64,000 nt of DNA from Parcubacteria group bacterium (GTDB taxonomy: Bacteria; Patescibacteriota; Minisyncoccia; Phycocordibacterales; GCA-002724975). The number at the start of each line of letters is the position of its first letter. Position 1 is the stretch's first letter. The stretch is from positions 1,152 to 65,151 of the forward strand of contig PBQF01000039.1 of NCBI GenBank assembly GCA_002724975.1, read 5' to 3'. Under the pieces are notes generated by a model that ran no database searches, was not told the DNA's origin, and was given only the letters and a program-made list of their open reading frames with translations. Shown piece after piece: positions 48,064-61,769 of this stretch. Position numbers and translations under genes: made by a program.

Positions 48064-48960
48064 TCACTCACCCCTGTTCAGAACAACCAAAAGAGGGCTA
48101 GCTAAAAAGATCGATGAGTATGTTCCAGCTATAACTCCAATTACAAGAGTTAAAGCAAAATATCTTGTTGAGTCTCCTCCTAAAAATAGAAGAGTTAAGA
48201 GAACTAAAAGAGTGGTGAGGGAAGTATTAATAGAACGCGCATATGTTTGATTCAAACTTCTCCCAACGGTATCTCTAAAACTCTCTTTTCTTCCTTTTTC
48301 CTGATTTAAATTCAAATTCTCCCTAACCCTGTCAAAGACAACAATCGTGTCATTTACAGAAAACCCAAGAATGGCCAGAAGTGCAGTTACAAAGAGTATA
48401 TCAATTTCGGCTCCGCTAAATTTACCAAGGATTATAAAAGCTCCAGTCGGAATTAAAATATCGTGAACAAGGGCAACTATCGCAATCAGCCCATATTTCC
48501 AACTTGAAACTGGAAAAGAAACTCTCCTGAATGAAAAAGTAATAAATAAAATAATGGCCAGAACTACAATAACAATTGCAATATAAGCTTTTTGTTTTAA
48601 TTCCTCCCCGATAATAGGGCCAACCATGCTAAATCTTTTCTGGACAACTTCCCTGCTTCCTTCGAAAGAAAGAAGTGTTAGAAGATTGACTCTTTCACTA
48701 TCTTCTAAATCTCGAGTTCTTAAAACATATCCGTTTTCTCCTGTTGGCTGAAGTTTGTATCCCCCAATTGCCATATTAGAAACTTTATCTTTTACAGCAT
48801 CAGAACTAGGGCGCTCCCCTATATATTCAACTTCCAAAATAGAGCCTCCAGTGAAATCAATTCCAAAATTAAGTCCGCCAAAAATAATTAATCCCAATGA
48901 TACCAAAACTAAAAGTCCTGATATGATAAAGAAAAATTTTCTGTATTTTACAACAAACAT
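48064..48960 (-). CDS. secF: Protein translocase subunit SecF
   Basis: GIDFTGG, HD, GFSVNDTIVVFDRVRE, RSINTS, GTYSSIF. Confidence 0.96.
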   Translation of the reverse strand: MFVVKYRKFFFIISGLLVLVSLGLIIFGGLNFGIDFTGGSILEVEYIGERPSSDAVKDKVSNMAIGGYKLQPTGENGYVLRTRDLEDSERVNLLTLLSFEGSREVVQKRFSMVGPIIGEELKQKAYIAIVIVVLAIILFITFSFRRVSFPVSSWKYGLIAIVALVHDILIPTGAFIILGKFSGAEIDILFVTALLAILGFSVNDTIVVFDRVRENLNLNQEKGRKESFRDTVGRSLNQTYARSINTSLTTLLVLLTLLFLGGDSTRYFALTLVIGVIAGTYSSIFLASPLLVVLNRGE

Positions 48961-48962
48961 GA

Positions 48963-50270
48963 TTATTTAAACCCGACACCAAACATTCTATTAAATCTTT
49001 CTGGAACAACCGCCAAAAGAAAGGTTCTTGAAATTGAAATGGCTGTAATCATACTGACAATTACTCCCAAGCCAAAAGTCAAAGCAAAACCTTTCACTAA
49101 AGAAGTTCCAAACCAAAAAAGGATAATGGCAGTAATAATACTTGAAATATTTGAATCTCTGATTGAAAGCCAGGCTCGAGAAAAACCATTTCTAACTGCT
49201 TCTTCCATGCTCGGTGTTCCCTCTTCGAGTTCCTCTTTCATCCTTTCGAAAATAAGAATATTGGCGTCAACCGCCATACCAATTGAAAGGATAAAACCGG
49301 CAATACCAGCAGCAGTAAGTGTTACAGGAATAAGCTTAAAAATAGCCAGCATTAGCACTATATATATAGAAAGAGAAAGAATAGCGACTAACCCCGAAGC
49401 CCTGTACCAAAGAAGTAAAAAGAGAGCAACAAGAATAATACCCCAAATCCCAGCCTTAATCCCTGCCTCAACAGTTTGTGCTCCCAAAGATGGGCCAATT
49501 GATTGAGTACTAATAAGTTCAATGGCTAAAGGTAAAGCTCCAAAGTTTAAATCTCTAACAAGTTCTTTTGCTTCTTCTGGTGTAAACTGTCCGGTGATTA
49601 CTGCATTGCCACCAGAAATTTCTGTATTGATATTTGGTGCGGAGATGACTTCTCCATCAAGAATAATCGCCAAAGGTTCGCCAACATTTTCTCCTGTTAT
49701 CTTTTGAAATAATTCTGCCCCATCTTTATTAAACTCAAGTCCAATACTTGGGCTATTCAATGCACTTCCCGTTCGCCCTAAGCCGTCTTGTCCAAATTGG
49801 AGAGTTGCCCTTTTAACCATTCTGCCAGTTAAACCAGTTGGAATTAAAATATCTTCAACACTTGCTTCGGGATCTTGGGCAAGAAGAGATTCCCCGTCTT
49901 TAACAAGACGGAATTCAAGAAGCGGGGTTTTGCCTATCAAATTAATCGCCTCTTCCACATCTGTTACACCTGGAAGTTCAACAATTAATCTTTGGTCATT
50001 AACATTCCCAAAGAGACCACCTTCCTCGACTTGAACAACAGGTTCTCCAACTCCAAAGAGATTGACTCTGCGTTCAATCACATCCCGCAAAGCGTTCATT
50101 AAATCTTTTACTTCCGTCCGCCCAACCTCACTGGTATCTGCCTTATAAGCCAAGTGTGTTCCGCCAGAAAGATCAAGGCCAAGTTTAAAAGAGTCCTTGG
50201 TCAAGGCCAGATATCCTATAAAAACTCCGATTATGAGTATTAAGATGGCGGTAATTCTGAGTGCTGTCAT
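48963..50270 (-). CDS. secD: Protein translocase subunit SecD
   Basis: LGLDLSGG, GMAVDANILIFER, I.DSN. Confidence 0.96.
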   Translation of the reverse strand: MTALRITAILILIIGVFIGYLALTKDSFKLGLDLSGGTHLAYKADTSEVGRTEVKDLMNALRDVIERRVNLFGVGEPVVQVEEGGLFGNVNDQRLIVELPGVTDVEEAINLIGKTPLLEFRLVKDGESLLAQDPEASVEDILIPTGLTGRMVKRATLQFGQDGLGRTGSALNSPSIGLEFNKDGAELFQKITGENVGEPLAIILDGEVISAPNINTEISGGNAVITGQFTPEEAKELVRDLNFGALPLAIELISTQSIGPSLGAQTVEAGIKAGIWGIILVALFLLLWYRASGLVAILSLSIYIVLMLAIFKLIPVTLTAAGIAGFILSIGMAVDANILIFERMKEELEEGTPSMEEAVRNGFSRAWLSIRDSNISSIITAIILFWFGTSLVKGFALTFGLGVIVSMITAISISRTFLLAVVPERFNRMFGVGFK

Positions 50271-50300
50271 TTCGCTATAATATAGGAAAATTAAAAAAAG

Positions 50301-51647
50301 CTAAACCCCAGTCCTTGAGAGCAAGGCCTTGATTGTTTTAAGAGCAATCTTTAAATCAAGAAAGAAAGACCTATTTTTAATGTAATAAAGATCATAAGAA
50401 AGCTTCATTTTGGTCTCAGAAAAATCAGTCCCATGGTGGGGGTGATTATCATGGTAAATCTGAGCCCATCCTGAAAGCCCTGGTTTTATAAGGTGTCTAA
50501 CATTGTAATAAGGTATTTCTTCCTCATATTTTAGGGCCAAAGCGGGAATCTCTGGCCTTGGGCCAATTAGAGAAATATCCCCTTTTAAAACATTCCAAAG
50601 TTGCGGTAATTCATCAATACGGCTTTTTCTTAGGAAAGTTCCTACTTTAGTCACCACTCGCCTACTTTTTAGTACTTCTTCTCCTTCGTCTAGTCCTGAC
50701 ATACTGCGGAATTTAATAATTTCCACATGTTTATTGTCCTGACCAATACGACTCTGCCTAATAAAAATTTCTCCTCCATCATCCATTTTTATAGCAAGAA
50801 ATACAAATGGGTAAAAAATCAGTGAGAGCAAAGCTAGAGGCAAAGAAATAATTACATCCATCATTCTTTTAACAAGATCGTATGAGACTTTTGGTGAAAG
50901 AGAAAGGTTTTCTAAAAACCAGTCATACCCCAATAAAGAAACTGGCACCCTGTCAAAAATATCTTCATAAACTTTATACTTGTCAATAAATTCAACACCT
51001 TCATAAATAAGCTTGTAAAGATCTTGTAGAATTTTCTTTATCCTCTCACTTTTGAGATTAATAATGATATAAGAAATATTTTTTTCCTTAACCTCGTTCA
51101 GAATTTCTTTTGAAAGTTGCTTTACAGATTTATCAGGGCTAATGATTGAAGCAAAATAAAAACTGTAGCGGGAGTTGTTATTAACCTCCTCTACGAGGTC
51201 TCTTGTTTCCTCCTCACTATTGATTATTAAAGCTGCCCCCTTAACCTTATCACCTATAAAAGCACTCCCATAAATTCTCCAGATAAGTATCAGACCAAAT
51301 GACAATATCAGGTAAATAAAAAGATTTGTCTTTGGGGTAATTGCAAAATATGGGATAAGATAGAAAAAGAGAACAGCAATAAAAGTATTAATGACTTGAG
51401 TATTTAAAATAATATTCGGTAAACGATTTTTAAAAAGAATTGTGTGTTTTTCATAAAGGCCTGCAATAAAAAAGATTGTAATCCAGATGATAAAAATAAT
51501 AGAAAAAGCGATTATGTGTTCATCTAAATGAGCCTCCTCTGGGAATCCTAAATAGCTAATGAGAAGCATTGTAAAAAGTGAAAGATAGAGAAAGAAAACG
51601 TCTCCCAGAAAAAGAATTATTGCCTCTTTTTTGCTTTGTATAGCCAT
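50301..51647 (-). CDS. Polyprenyl-phosphate sugar-1-phosphate transferase (exopolysaccharide biosynthesis)
   Basis: KR..D, KFRSM, DELPQL.NVLKGD.SLIGPRP, KPGLSGWAQ, DLYY. Confidence 0.92.
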   Translation of the reverse strand: MAIQSKKEAIILFLGDVFFLYLSLFTMLLISYLGFPEEAHLDEHIIAFSIIFIIWITIFFIAGLYEKHTILFKNRLPNIILNTQVINTFIAVLFFYLIPYFAITPKTNLFIYLILSFGLILIWRIYGSAFIGDKVKGAALIINSEEETRDLVEEVNNNSRYSFYFASIISPDKSVKQLSKEILNEVKEKNISYIIINLKSERIKKILQDLYKLIYEGVEFIDKYKVYEDIFDRVPVSLLGYDWFLENLSLSPKVSYDLVKRMMDVIISLPLALLSLIFYPFVFLAIKMDDGGEIFIRQSRIGQDNKHVEIIKFRSMSGLDEGEEVLKSRRVVTKVGTFLRKSRIDELPQLWNVLKGDISLIGPRPEIPALALKYEEEIPYYNVRHLIKPGLSGWAQIYHDNHPHHGTDFSETKMKLSYDLYYIKNRSFFLDLKIALKTIKALLSRTGV

Positions 51648-51757
51648 AAATTAAGTATAATGTATCAGGTATTATGTATAATGTATAGATTATTAAACAA
51701 CAATATGATAATCTGGTCAATGTAACAATATACAGCTGGGTTAAGTTTCAAAATCTA

Positions 51758-52870
51758 ATGAGCGGAAGTAGAAAAAAAATAATATATTTGATTACCAAAG
51801 CGAACTTGGGCGGTGCGCAAAAGTATGTTTTCGACTTAGCCACTTCTCTCCCCCAAGACAAATTTGATGTCCTTGTTGTTCATGGACAAGGTAATATCTT
51901 AAGCAAGAAACTTCAGGAAGAGAAAATAAAAACCATTTTCGTTCCTGAGATGGGAAGAGATATAAATGTCTTGGGAGAAATAATTTCTTTCTTTAAAATC
52001 TTTAAGATTATTTTTGACTATAACCCAGACATAGTCCACGTAAACAGTTCAAAGGCCGGGGGTATTGGGGCCTTTGTGGCTAGACTAACCTTTACGCAAA
52101 AAATAATTTTTACTGTTCATGGTTGGGCATTTAATGAACCCCAATTTGATAATATCCTAACAAAATTCTTTTCTTGGCTGACGGTTTTTCTTTCAACAGA
52201 CACCATCGTCATTTCAAAACAAAATTTTGAGCAAGGTTTGAGATATCCTTTTGTAAAAAACAGATTTGCTCTCATCTATAATGGAGTAAAAGATACTAAT
52301 TTTAGAGAAAGGACTTCTGCCAGAAAATTCATTGCAGATTTAACAAAAGCAGACAGCAAAAAAATCTGGGTAGTGACAATTTCAGAACTTCATAAAAATA
52401 AGGGGCTTAGTTATTTAATAGAAGCTGTTTCTAAATTAGAAAAGAAACCCATTGTTTTTATAATTGGACCCGGAGAAGAAAGAAATAATTTGGGAAACTT
52501 AATTTCTAAACATAATCTAGAAGACAATATCTTTCTTATGGGATTTATTGACGAAGCGAGTACCTACTTAAAGGCTTTTGATATTTTTATCCTAACTTCA
52601 GTTAAAGAAGGGCATCCCTATGCACTACTCGAAGCGGGACTAGCAAAACTTCCAAGTATAGGAAGTGATATTCCTGGAGTGAAGGATATTTTAGAAAATG
52701 AAAATGGTATTTTAACCATACCAAAAGACCCCAACGACATTGCTGAAAAACTGGATGGCTTGATAAAAGATAAGGGAAAAAAGGCTCAACTAAGCCAAAA
52801 TTTACATAGTAAAGTTTTTGGAGAATTCTCCTTTAAAGAAATGTTAGAAAAAACTATATCTCTTTATTAA
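51758..52870 (+). CDS. Glycosyltransferase family 4
   Basis: GGAQ, TVHG, IYNGV, NKG, EG.P..LLEA. Confidence 0.9.
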   Translation: MSGSRKKIIYLITKANLGGAQKYVFDLATSLPQDKFDVLVVHGQGNILSKKLQEEKIKTIFVPEMGRDINVLGEIISFFKIFKIIFDYNPDIVHVNSSKAGGIGAFVARLTFTQKIIFTVHGWAFNEPQFDNILTKFFSWLTVFLSTDTIVISKQNFEQGLRYPFVKNRFALIYNGVKDTNFRERTSARKFIADLTKADSKKIWVVTISELHKNKGLSYLIEAVSKLEKKPIVFIIGPGEERNNLGNLISKHNLEDNIFLMGFIDEASTYLKAFDIFILTSVKEGHPYALLEAGLAKLPSIGSDIPGVKDILENENGILTIPKDPNDIAEKLDGLIKDKGKKAQLSQNLHSKVFGEFSFKEMLEKTISLY

Positions 52871-52958
52871 AAATTAATTAACGAATTGTTGGCTCACAAT
52901 ACCATCTTGGAAGCGGCCCCGATGGAGTACTTATTGTCTGGTGTTAGTTGTTAGTCAA

Positions 52959-54104
52959 TTAGTTTCCAATCATCCTCTCAACTCCTAAAAATTCATTTTT
53001 AGTGTCTTCTTTATGGTATGCTTTCCCGTATCTTCTCATGCCCATTAGGATTCCAAGGGCTAAAAATTCCGTCACGATATGTGAACCTCCGTAACTTAAA
53101 AATGGTACAGTTGTCCCAGTCACCGGCAAGAGTCCTATATTCATTCCAACATGAATAATAAAATGGCTTATCAAAAATATTGAAACTCCTAATCCAAAAA
53201 GTATCTCAAAATTTGTTGCCCCATGTAAAGCACTAAGTAATATTCTCCAAAACAAAACACCAAATAGAGAGAATAAAATAATAACCCCAATAAAACCCCA
53301 TTCTTCCGAAAAGGCAGCAAAAACAAAATCAGTCTCATATTCGGGTAAAAATTCCAAGCGCGATTGGGTGCCATAGCCAATCCCTTTTCCGGTAAGTTGT
53401 CCTGAACCAACGGCAATTGTCGATTGAAGAGCGTTATACCCCGCCCCCGAAGTGTCGGTTAAAGGATTAAGAAAAGTTAGAATCCTATCCTTCTGATATG
53501 GCACAAAAACAAAGCTCCATAATAAGACCATAGATAAAAGGCCAACAAGAAGAACTAGAAAGAGATGTTTTTTTGAAATTCCCGAAACTAAAACTAAACC
53601 AAGCCAAATCATAAAAATAATAATAGCTGAACCAAAGTCTGGCTGAAGCAAAACTAAAAGGAAAATTGTCAGGGCATAAAAACCAGAAACTAGAAGATGT
53701 CTGAAATTCGCAATCTCAACATGCCTCCTAGAAAAATATTTAGCTAAAATAATTATTAAAAAAATTTTTATTGGATCTGATGGTTGAAGTGAAAAAGCTC
53801 CAAAGTCAAACCAACTAATCGCTCCCTTTGTCACTTGGCCTGCAACGAAAAGAGTGATTAAAAGTCCGGTTGAAACAAGAAAAAGAAGAACGGAAACCCA
53901 GGTTCTTCGAAGAAACCTCCAATCAACTAAACTAGCCAGAAAAAAGACTCCAAAACCTATCAAAATCCAGATAATTTGCCTTTCGAAGAAAATACTCTCC
54001 CCAACAAAGGAATTCATGGTCACTAATCCGGCGCCTAACAAAGGAATAGTTGCTAGAAATAGATACCAATCTATGTTCAAACCGACTTTTTTAACTAAAT
54101 CCAT
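52959..54104 (-). CDS. rodA: Rod shape-determining protein RodA (SEDS family)
   Basis: QPS, QPDFG, PYQ.DRI, GYN..QS..AVGSG, PE..TDF.F, P.TG...PFLSYGGS. Confidence 0.92.
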   Translation of the reverse strand: MDLVKKVGLNIDWYLFLATIPLLGAGLVTMNSFVGESIFFERQIIWILIGFGVFFLASLVDWRFLRRTWVSVLLFLVSTGLLITLFVAGQVTKGAISWFDFGAFSLQPSDPIKIFLIIILAKYFSRRHVEIANFRHLLVSGFYALTIFLLVLLQPDFGSAIIIFMIWLGLVLVSGISKKHLFLVLLVGLLSMVLLWSFVFVPYQKDRILTFLNPLTDTSGAGYNALQSTIAVGSGQLTGKGIGYGTQSRLEFLPEYETDFVFAAFSEEWGFIGVIILFSLFGVLFWRILLSALHGATNFEILFGLGVSIFLISHFIIHVGMNIGLLPVTGTTVPFLSYGGSHIVTEFLALGILMGMRRYGKAYHKEDTKNEFLGVERMIGN

Positions 54105-54865
54105 TAGTTTCTAGTACCAAACTTTGGTAGAATTTCGACCCTTCCGATAGGGCTTTTGAAAGGATTGGGCCAAGTGAAAGTGACCTTCTCCATTGAGTCC
54201 GGACTTATGTTTTCGACAAGTGTTTTGGAACTAGCCATGGCGTTATCAGCCATGTCATAAATTATGGCAAACAGCTCTACGTCTTTTATTGAAACAAAGC
54301 CTCTGTTTTCAAGCTCTACATCAACCCTCGGAGAAGAATCAGTATTTATTATTCCTCTCTTATTTATTCGGAGATTTGAACTTATATTCTCCTGAGTCAG
54401 CCATTCAACTTTACTAGTGAATTCAAAGAATGTTTTATCTGGAGCCCTTTCTCTGGTCACAATTGTCCCTTCAAAAATAGGGAACCTCGTTTGAGCTGGG
54501 ATATCAGTTTTACCCTTTCTTTCATAAACTAGAACACCTTTGTCATCAAGAAGTGTGAAAGTGTAAAAGACATCTTGTGCCCCAGCACTCAGATTTGGGT
54601 TCTCTATCATGGCAACAGAATTATAGACTCCATCTCTTACTTCAAAACTTCTGGTCCAAAGAATTAATGGTTCAGCTACAGTAAATCCACAAATTTTTTC
54701 ACATCCACCACCGCAGTCGACTCCGCGTTCATTACTATTTTGTTTACCATCAAAACAAGTTGGCTCTTTATTAAAAATATTATAAACAGGAAGAGCAAAA
54801 ACAATGACGAGAATTAATATCAAACCCCCTAAATAGATAGATCTGTTTTTAGATGACCAACTCAT
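54104..54865 (-). CDS. Membrane-anchored hypothetical protein with CFDGKQN..E.GVDCGG.C motif
   Basis: True start ATG 54865; the ORF-track extension overlaps the 5S rRNA. Confidence 0.75.
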   Translation of the reverse strand: MSWSSKNRSIYLGGLILILVIVFALPVYNIFNKEPTCFDGKQNSNERGVDCGGGCEKICGFTVAEPLILWTRSFEVRDGVYNSVAMIENPNLSAGAQDVFYTFTLLDDKGVLVYERKGKTDIPAQTRFPIFEGTIVTRERAPDKTFFEFTSKVEWLTQENISSNLRINKRGIINTDSSPRVDVELENRGFVSIKDVELFAIIYDMADNAMASSKTLVENISPDSMEKVTFTWPNPFKSPIGRVEILPKFGTRN

Positions 54866-54882
54866 GAACTCTATAATACCAG

Positions 54883-54925
54883 AAAAACAAAATACTCCGC
54901 CATATTTAGCGAAGTATTTTGTTTT
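54883..54925 (-). terminator. Terminator of the rRNA unit
   Basis: AAAACAAAATACT...AGTATTTTGTTTT inverted repeat directly after 5S. Confidence 0.65.
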
Positions 54926-54934
54926 AAGTTCTCT

Positions 54935-55043
54935 AAGTTGGCGGTGACCTACTCTCGCCTTGCGACTACCATCGGTGCTAACAGGCTTAACTTCTGTGTT
55001 CGGAATGAGAACAGGTGTAGCCCTATCGCCAAACCACCAACTT
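54935..55043 (-). rRNA. rrf: 5S rRNA (compact)
   Basis: CATTCCGAACACAGAAGTTAAGC and GCACCGATGGTAGT motifs; terminal helix AGTTGG/CCAACT. Confidence 0.92.
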
Positions 55044-55174
55044 AGAAAACTCAAATATTCAAAAGGTACGCCCTTACACTTTTTAGTGTGATATTGCCCA
55101 AAGACAACACACCCAAGTGTGTCACATCGGAAGATGTGGGGATAAATTGCAAACAAATTGTGGTTTTCAAAGCT

Positions 55175-58172
<2,998 letters not shown>

Positions 58173-58419
58173 AGGAAGTTCAAAAACCACAATTTGTTTG
58201 CAATTTCCCAGCACTACTTTTTGATGGTGCTGGGTACCTGTTCAGTCCCACTTGAGATGAGACTGAAACTAATATATTGTCAAAGTTCAACCGCATTATG
58301 AATTTTAAAAAGAAAAAACCGCCTTCCAAGCGGTGCCAACCAAACAATGGAATACTCCAAAAAGTGATTAGCCTTTCCGCTTAAATATTGAATTTAACTT
58401 AATATTCATAAGCCCTAGT

Positions 58420-58447
58420 ATTATATACACATTAGAGAGGAGGTCAA
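58420..58447 (-). promoter_or_regulatory. Promoter of stand-alone 23S-5S unit
   Basis: TTGACC-16 bp-TATAAT about 250 bp upstream of 23S. Confidence 0.65.
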
Positions 58448-58475
58448 CCCTGATAAAAGAAAAATCTCTGTCTCT

Positions 58476-59479
58476 TCTTTCAACTCTATAACAATCTGGT
58501 TCCAATTCTGTATAATTGGGGTCACAGCTTTTTGAGCTATATTTAACAACGTATTTTCAGTAGCCCAAAGGGATGTTGGAACCATATGATATACTTCCCG
58601 TCATGCAAACTTTATATAGAAAACTCTCCCCATACTATAAATACTTTGTAAATTTTCATGCGGACACAAAAAAAGAGATTGAGGTTTTAAATAAGCTGTT
58701 TAAACAACACAAAGTAAAATCAATACTTGATATTGCTTGTGGTATAGGAAGACACAGTATAGCACTTGCAAAGTTAGGCTATGATGTGACAGGGGTGGAT
58801 TTTTCATCCTCTCAACTAGCACAGGCAAGGAAAGATGCAAAAGAAGCTGGTGTAAAGGTTACTTTCGTCAAAAAAGATGCAAATTATTTTACTTCACATA
58901 AAAAATTTGATGCAATAATTTGTATGTGGTCAACATTGGGGGAAGAACCTATGCAGTATGAAAAAGTAATACCAAATGTCTTTCGCTCTCTGAAAAAAAA
59001 CGGGGTATTTATAATAGACAATAGAGATTGGTCTGATATACCAAAAGGCGGGAAAAGAACTATACGCAACAGTTTATCTACTCCACACTACAAAATTAAA
59101 CAATTAATACTAGATAGATTTACCGAACATTTTCGCATCAGAGATATAACTTATACTATAAATGGAAAACAATATGATGACCTTTGTATTACACATATTA
59201 TTAGACCTAAAGAATGGGTAGCCGAATTGAGACAAGCTGGCTTTCGGAACAATAAAATAATAAAGAATTACAAAAGTAAGAAAACAAGTACTCTAATTGT
59301 GGGACAAAAGTAGTCACAGTGTTTCAACCACTGTTATCCCATGGGTTCTAATAAAGAGAGGTAGTCTGCTTATCAAGCAACTAAAGCTTTCTTTTCATCC
59401 TCAACCACAGTCCTCCCAAATTCCTGCCACTCTTTTAGCTCTATGACTAGTTGGTTCCAATTCTGTATAATTGGGGTCA
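58476..59479. mobile_element. Methyltransferase gene flanked by att-like direct repeats (island remnant)
   Basis: Identical 28-mer TGGTTCCAATTCTGTATAATTGGGGTCA at 58497-58524 and 59452-59479; similarity extends to 49 bp. Confidence 0.5.
58603..59313 (+). CDS. Class I SAM-dependent methyltransferase
   Basis: ILDIACGIGRH, VTGVDFS, FDAIICM, LKKNGVFIID; probable ATG 58603. Confidence 0.9.
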   Translation: MQTLYRKLSPYYKYFVNFHADTKKEIEVLNKLFKQHKVKSILDIACGIGRHSIALAKLGYDVTGVDFSSSQLAQARKDAKEAGVKVTFVKKDANYFTSHKKFDAIICMWSTLGEEPMQYEKVIPNVFRSLKKNGVFIIDNRDWSDIPKGGKRTIRNSLSTPHYKIKQLILDRFTEHFRIRDITYTINGKQYDDLCITHIIRPKEWVAELRQAGFRNNKIIKNYKSKKTSTLIVGQK

Positions 59480-59618
59480 GTTCATTAAATGGGCCCTCCT
59501 ACACCCTGTGCACATGGCACGAGCACTTACGCCGATGGACAAACAGAAATTCTTCTCTGGGATGGTTTCTTAATTTTTTATGGTATGTACCATGGTACGT
59601 ACCACAGTACGTACTATT

Positions 59619-61763
59619 TTATTTTCGGGATTCTATTATTTTCTCTGCCACATTTGGAGGGACAACAGCATAACTATCAAACTCCATTGTTGATGTTCCT
59701 CTTCCTGCTGTCATTGAACGAAGTTCGGTGGTGTAACCAAACATTTCGCTTAAAGGAACTTTGGCTCGGATAACTTTCATGCCATGCCTGTCTTCCATTC
59801 CCTCAATTTGTCCTCTCTTAGAATTCAAACTTCCTGAAACATCACCAAAAAATTCTTCAGGTGCAACAACTTCAATACTCATTATCGGTTCTAAGATTAC
59901 AGGGTTGGCCTTTTTGGCTGCATCTTGAAAAGCTTTTGAACCGGCAATCTTGAAAGCAATCTCTGATGAATCAACATCGTGGTAAGAGCCGTCAAATAAA
60001 TTAACACTGACATCAACAATTTGATATCCAGCAACAACTCCCCTAGCCATTCCTTCTCTGATTCCTTTTTCAACTGCTGGAATATATTCCTGCGGAATAA
60101 TGCCACCTTTGATGCTATTTATAAATTCAAGACCATTTTTTCTTTTGGTATTCTTCGGCAAATCTTCATCAGCAATACTTTTGTCCATTGGTTTAACTCT
60201 AATTTTTACATGTCCATATTGTCCGCGACCACCTGTCTGCTTAATATATTTCTCCTCCTGCTCTGCCTCTCTCTGAATAGTTTCCTTATAAGCAACCTGT
60301 GGCTTGCCAACATTTGCCTCAACACTAAATTCCCTTTTCATTCTGTCTACCAAAATATCTAAATGAAGTTCTCCCATACCAGCAATAATAGTCTCCAATG
60401 TTTCGGGGTCAGTTTTTATTTTAAATGTCGGGTCCTCATCCGAAAGTTTTTTTAGGGCAAGACCCATTTTTTCCTGATCAGCTTTTGTTTTAGGTTCTAT
60501 TCTCATGGCTACAACTGGCTCTGGAAAGACAATTTGCTCAAGAATTATCGGCTTTGATTCATCACAGAGGGTGTGCGAGGTTTTAGTATCTTTAAGTCCA
60601 ACGGCTGCAGCAATTTCCCCAGCATAAACTGTCTCAACCTCTTCCCTCTTGTCTGCTTGCAAACGAACGATTCTCCCTAATCTCTCTTTTTCTTCTGTAT
60701 TTGAATTATAAATATATGAACCAGAAGAAACAGCCCCAGAATAAACCCTAAAGAATGTTAACTGGCCAACAAACGGGTCTGTCTGCAATTTGAATGCCAG
60801 AGCACAAAATGGCTCGTCATCGGAAGGCTTTCTTTCTTCCTCCTCATTTGTTTTAGGATTAATTCCCCTAACTGGTCGAATATCAACTGGAGACGGAAGA
60901 TAGTCAACAACACCATCAAGAACCAATTGCACTCCTTTGTTTTTCAGAGCACTGCCGGCATAAACTGGAAAAACTTCATTAGCTATAACCGCTTTTCTTA
61001 AAAGTTCTTTTAATTTGTCCAAAGGAAGTTCTTTGCCTTCTAAATAGTCATGCGTCATAACCTCATCATTCTCGACAATCCTTTCAATCAATTCTCCCCT
61101 ATATTTTTCTGCTTCAGCTTTCAGCTCCTCTGGGACTTCTCCTTCAACCACCTTCTCCCCCATTTGTCCTTCAAATCTGTAAGCTTTCATTTTCAAAAGG
61201 TCGACAGCTCCTTCGTGTTTTTCTTCAAGTCCAATTGGAATCTGCATTCGAACAGCTTTTTTACTTAGTCGCTCCAATATAGATGCGTACGATTTTTCAA
61301 AATCTGCTCCTGTTCTATCAAGTTTGTTTATAAGACAAAGTCTGGGCACTTGTGCCTCTTCGGCATATCGCCAGTTTGTCTCAGATTGTGGCTCAACTCC
61401 GGCAACACCGTCAAAAACAACAACGGCACCATCTAAAACTCTCATTGACCTTTTAACTTCAGCGGTAAAGTCAATGTGTCCAGGAGTATCAATAATATTA
61501 AAATTGGTTTTGTTTTCCTCTTTCTCTTTGTCTTCACCAATTTTTATCCAAGAGCATGAAATGGCGGCAGAAGTGATAGTTATACCTCTTTCTCTCTCCT
61601 GTTCCATCCAGTCAGTAATAGTATCTCCTTCATGAACTTCGCCGATTTTATGGCTCATCCCAGTATAAAAAAGGACTCTTTCAGATGTGGTAGTCTTACC
61701 CGCATCAATGTGGGCAATAATTCCAAAGTTTCTGGTTCTTTCTAGGGGATACTGTCTAGCCAT
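59619..61763 (-). CDS. fusA: Elongation factor G
   Basis: [30 protein letters not shown]. Confidence 0.98.
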   Translation of the reverse strand: MARQYPLERTRNFGIIAHIDAGKTTTSERVLFYTGMSHKIGEVHEGDTITDWMEQERERGITITSAAISCSWIKIGEDKEKEENKTNFNIIDTPGHIDFTAEVKRSMRVLDGAVVVFDGVAGVEPQSETNWRYAEEAQVPRLCLINKLDRTGADFEKSYASILERLSKKAVRMQIPIGLEEKHEGAVDLLKMKAYRFEGQMGEKVVEGEVPEELKAEAEKYRGELIERIVENDEVMTHDYLEGKELPLDKLKELLRKAVIANEVFPVYAGSALKNKGVQLVLDGVVDYLPSPVDIRPVRGINPKTNEEEERKPSDDEPFCALAFKLQTDPFVGQLTFFRVYSGAVSSGSYIYNSNTEEKERLGRIVRLQADKREEVETVYAGEIAAAVGLKDTKTSHTLCDESKPIILEQIVFPEPVVAMRIEPKTKADQEKMGLALKKLSDEDPTFKIKTDPETLETIIAGMGELHLDILVDRMKREFSVEANVGKPQVAYKETIQREAEQEEKYIKQTGGRGQYGHVKIRVKPMDKSIADEDLPKNTKRKNGLEFINSIKGGIIPQEYIPAVEKGIREGMARGVVAGYQIVDVSVNLFDGSYHDVDSSEIAFKIAGSKAFQDAAKKANPVILEPIMSIEVVAPEEFFGDVSGSLNSKRGQIEGMEDRHGMKVIRAKVPLSEMFGYTTELRSMTAGRGTSTMEFDSYAVVPPNVAEKIIESRK

Positions 61764-61769
61764 AATTTA

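Noticed and set aside
52885-52958. GC-richer intergenic stretch between GT4 and rodA as ncRNA
   Set aside because: Only weak imperfect pairing and no recognisable family.
59370-59480. Peptide ending ...KKALVA* as a tmRNA tag
   Set aside because: No tRNA-like ssrA ends or T-loop nearby; the same peptide start recurs at 58.5 kb, favouring a gene-tail remnant.
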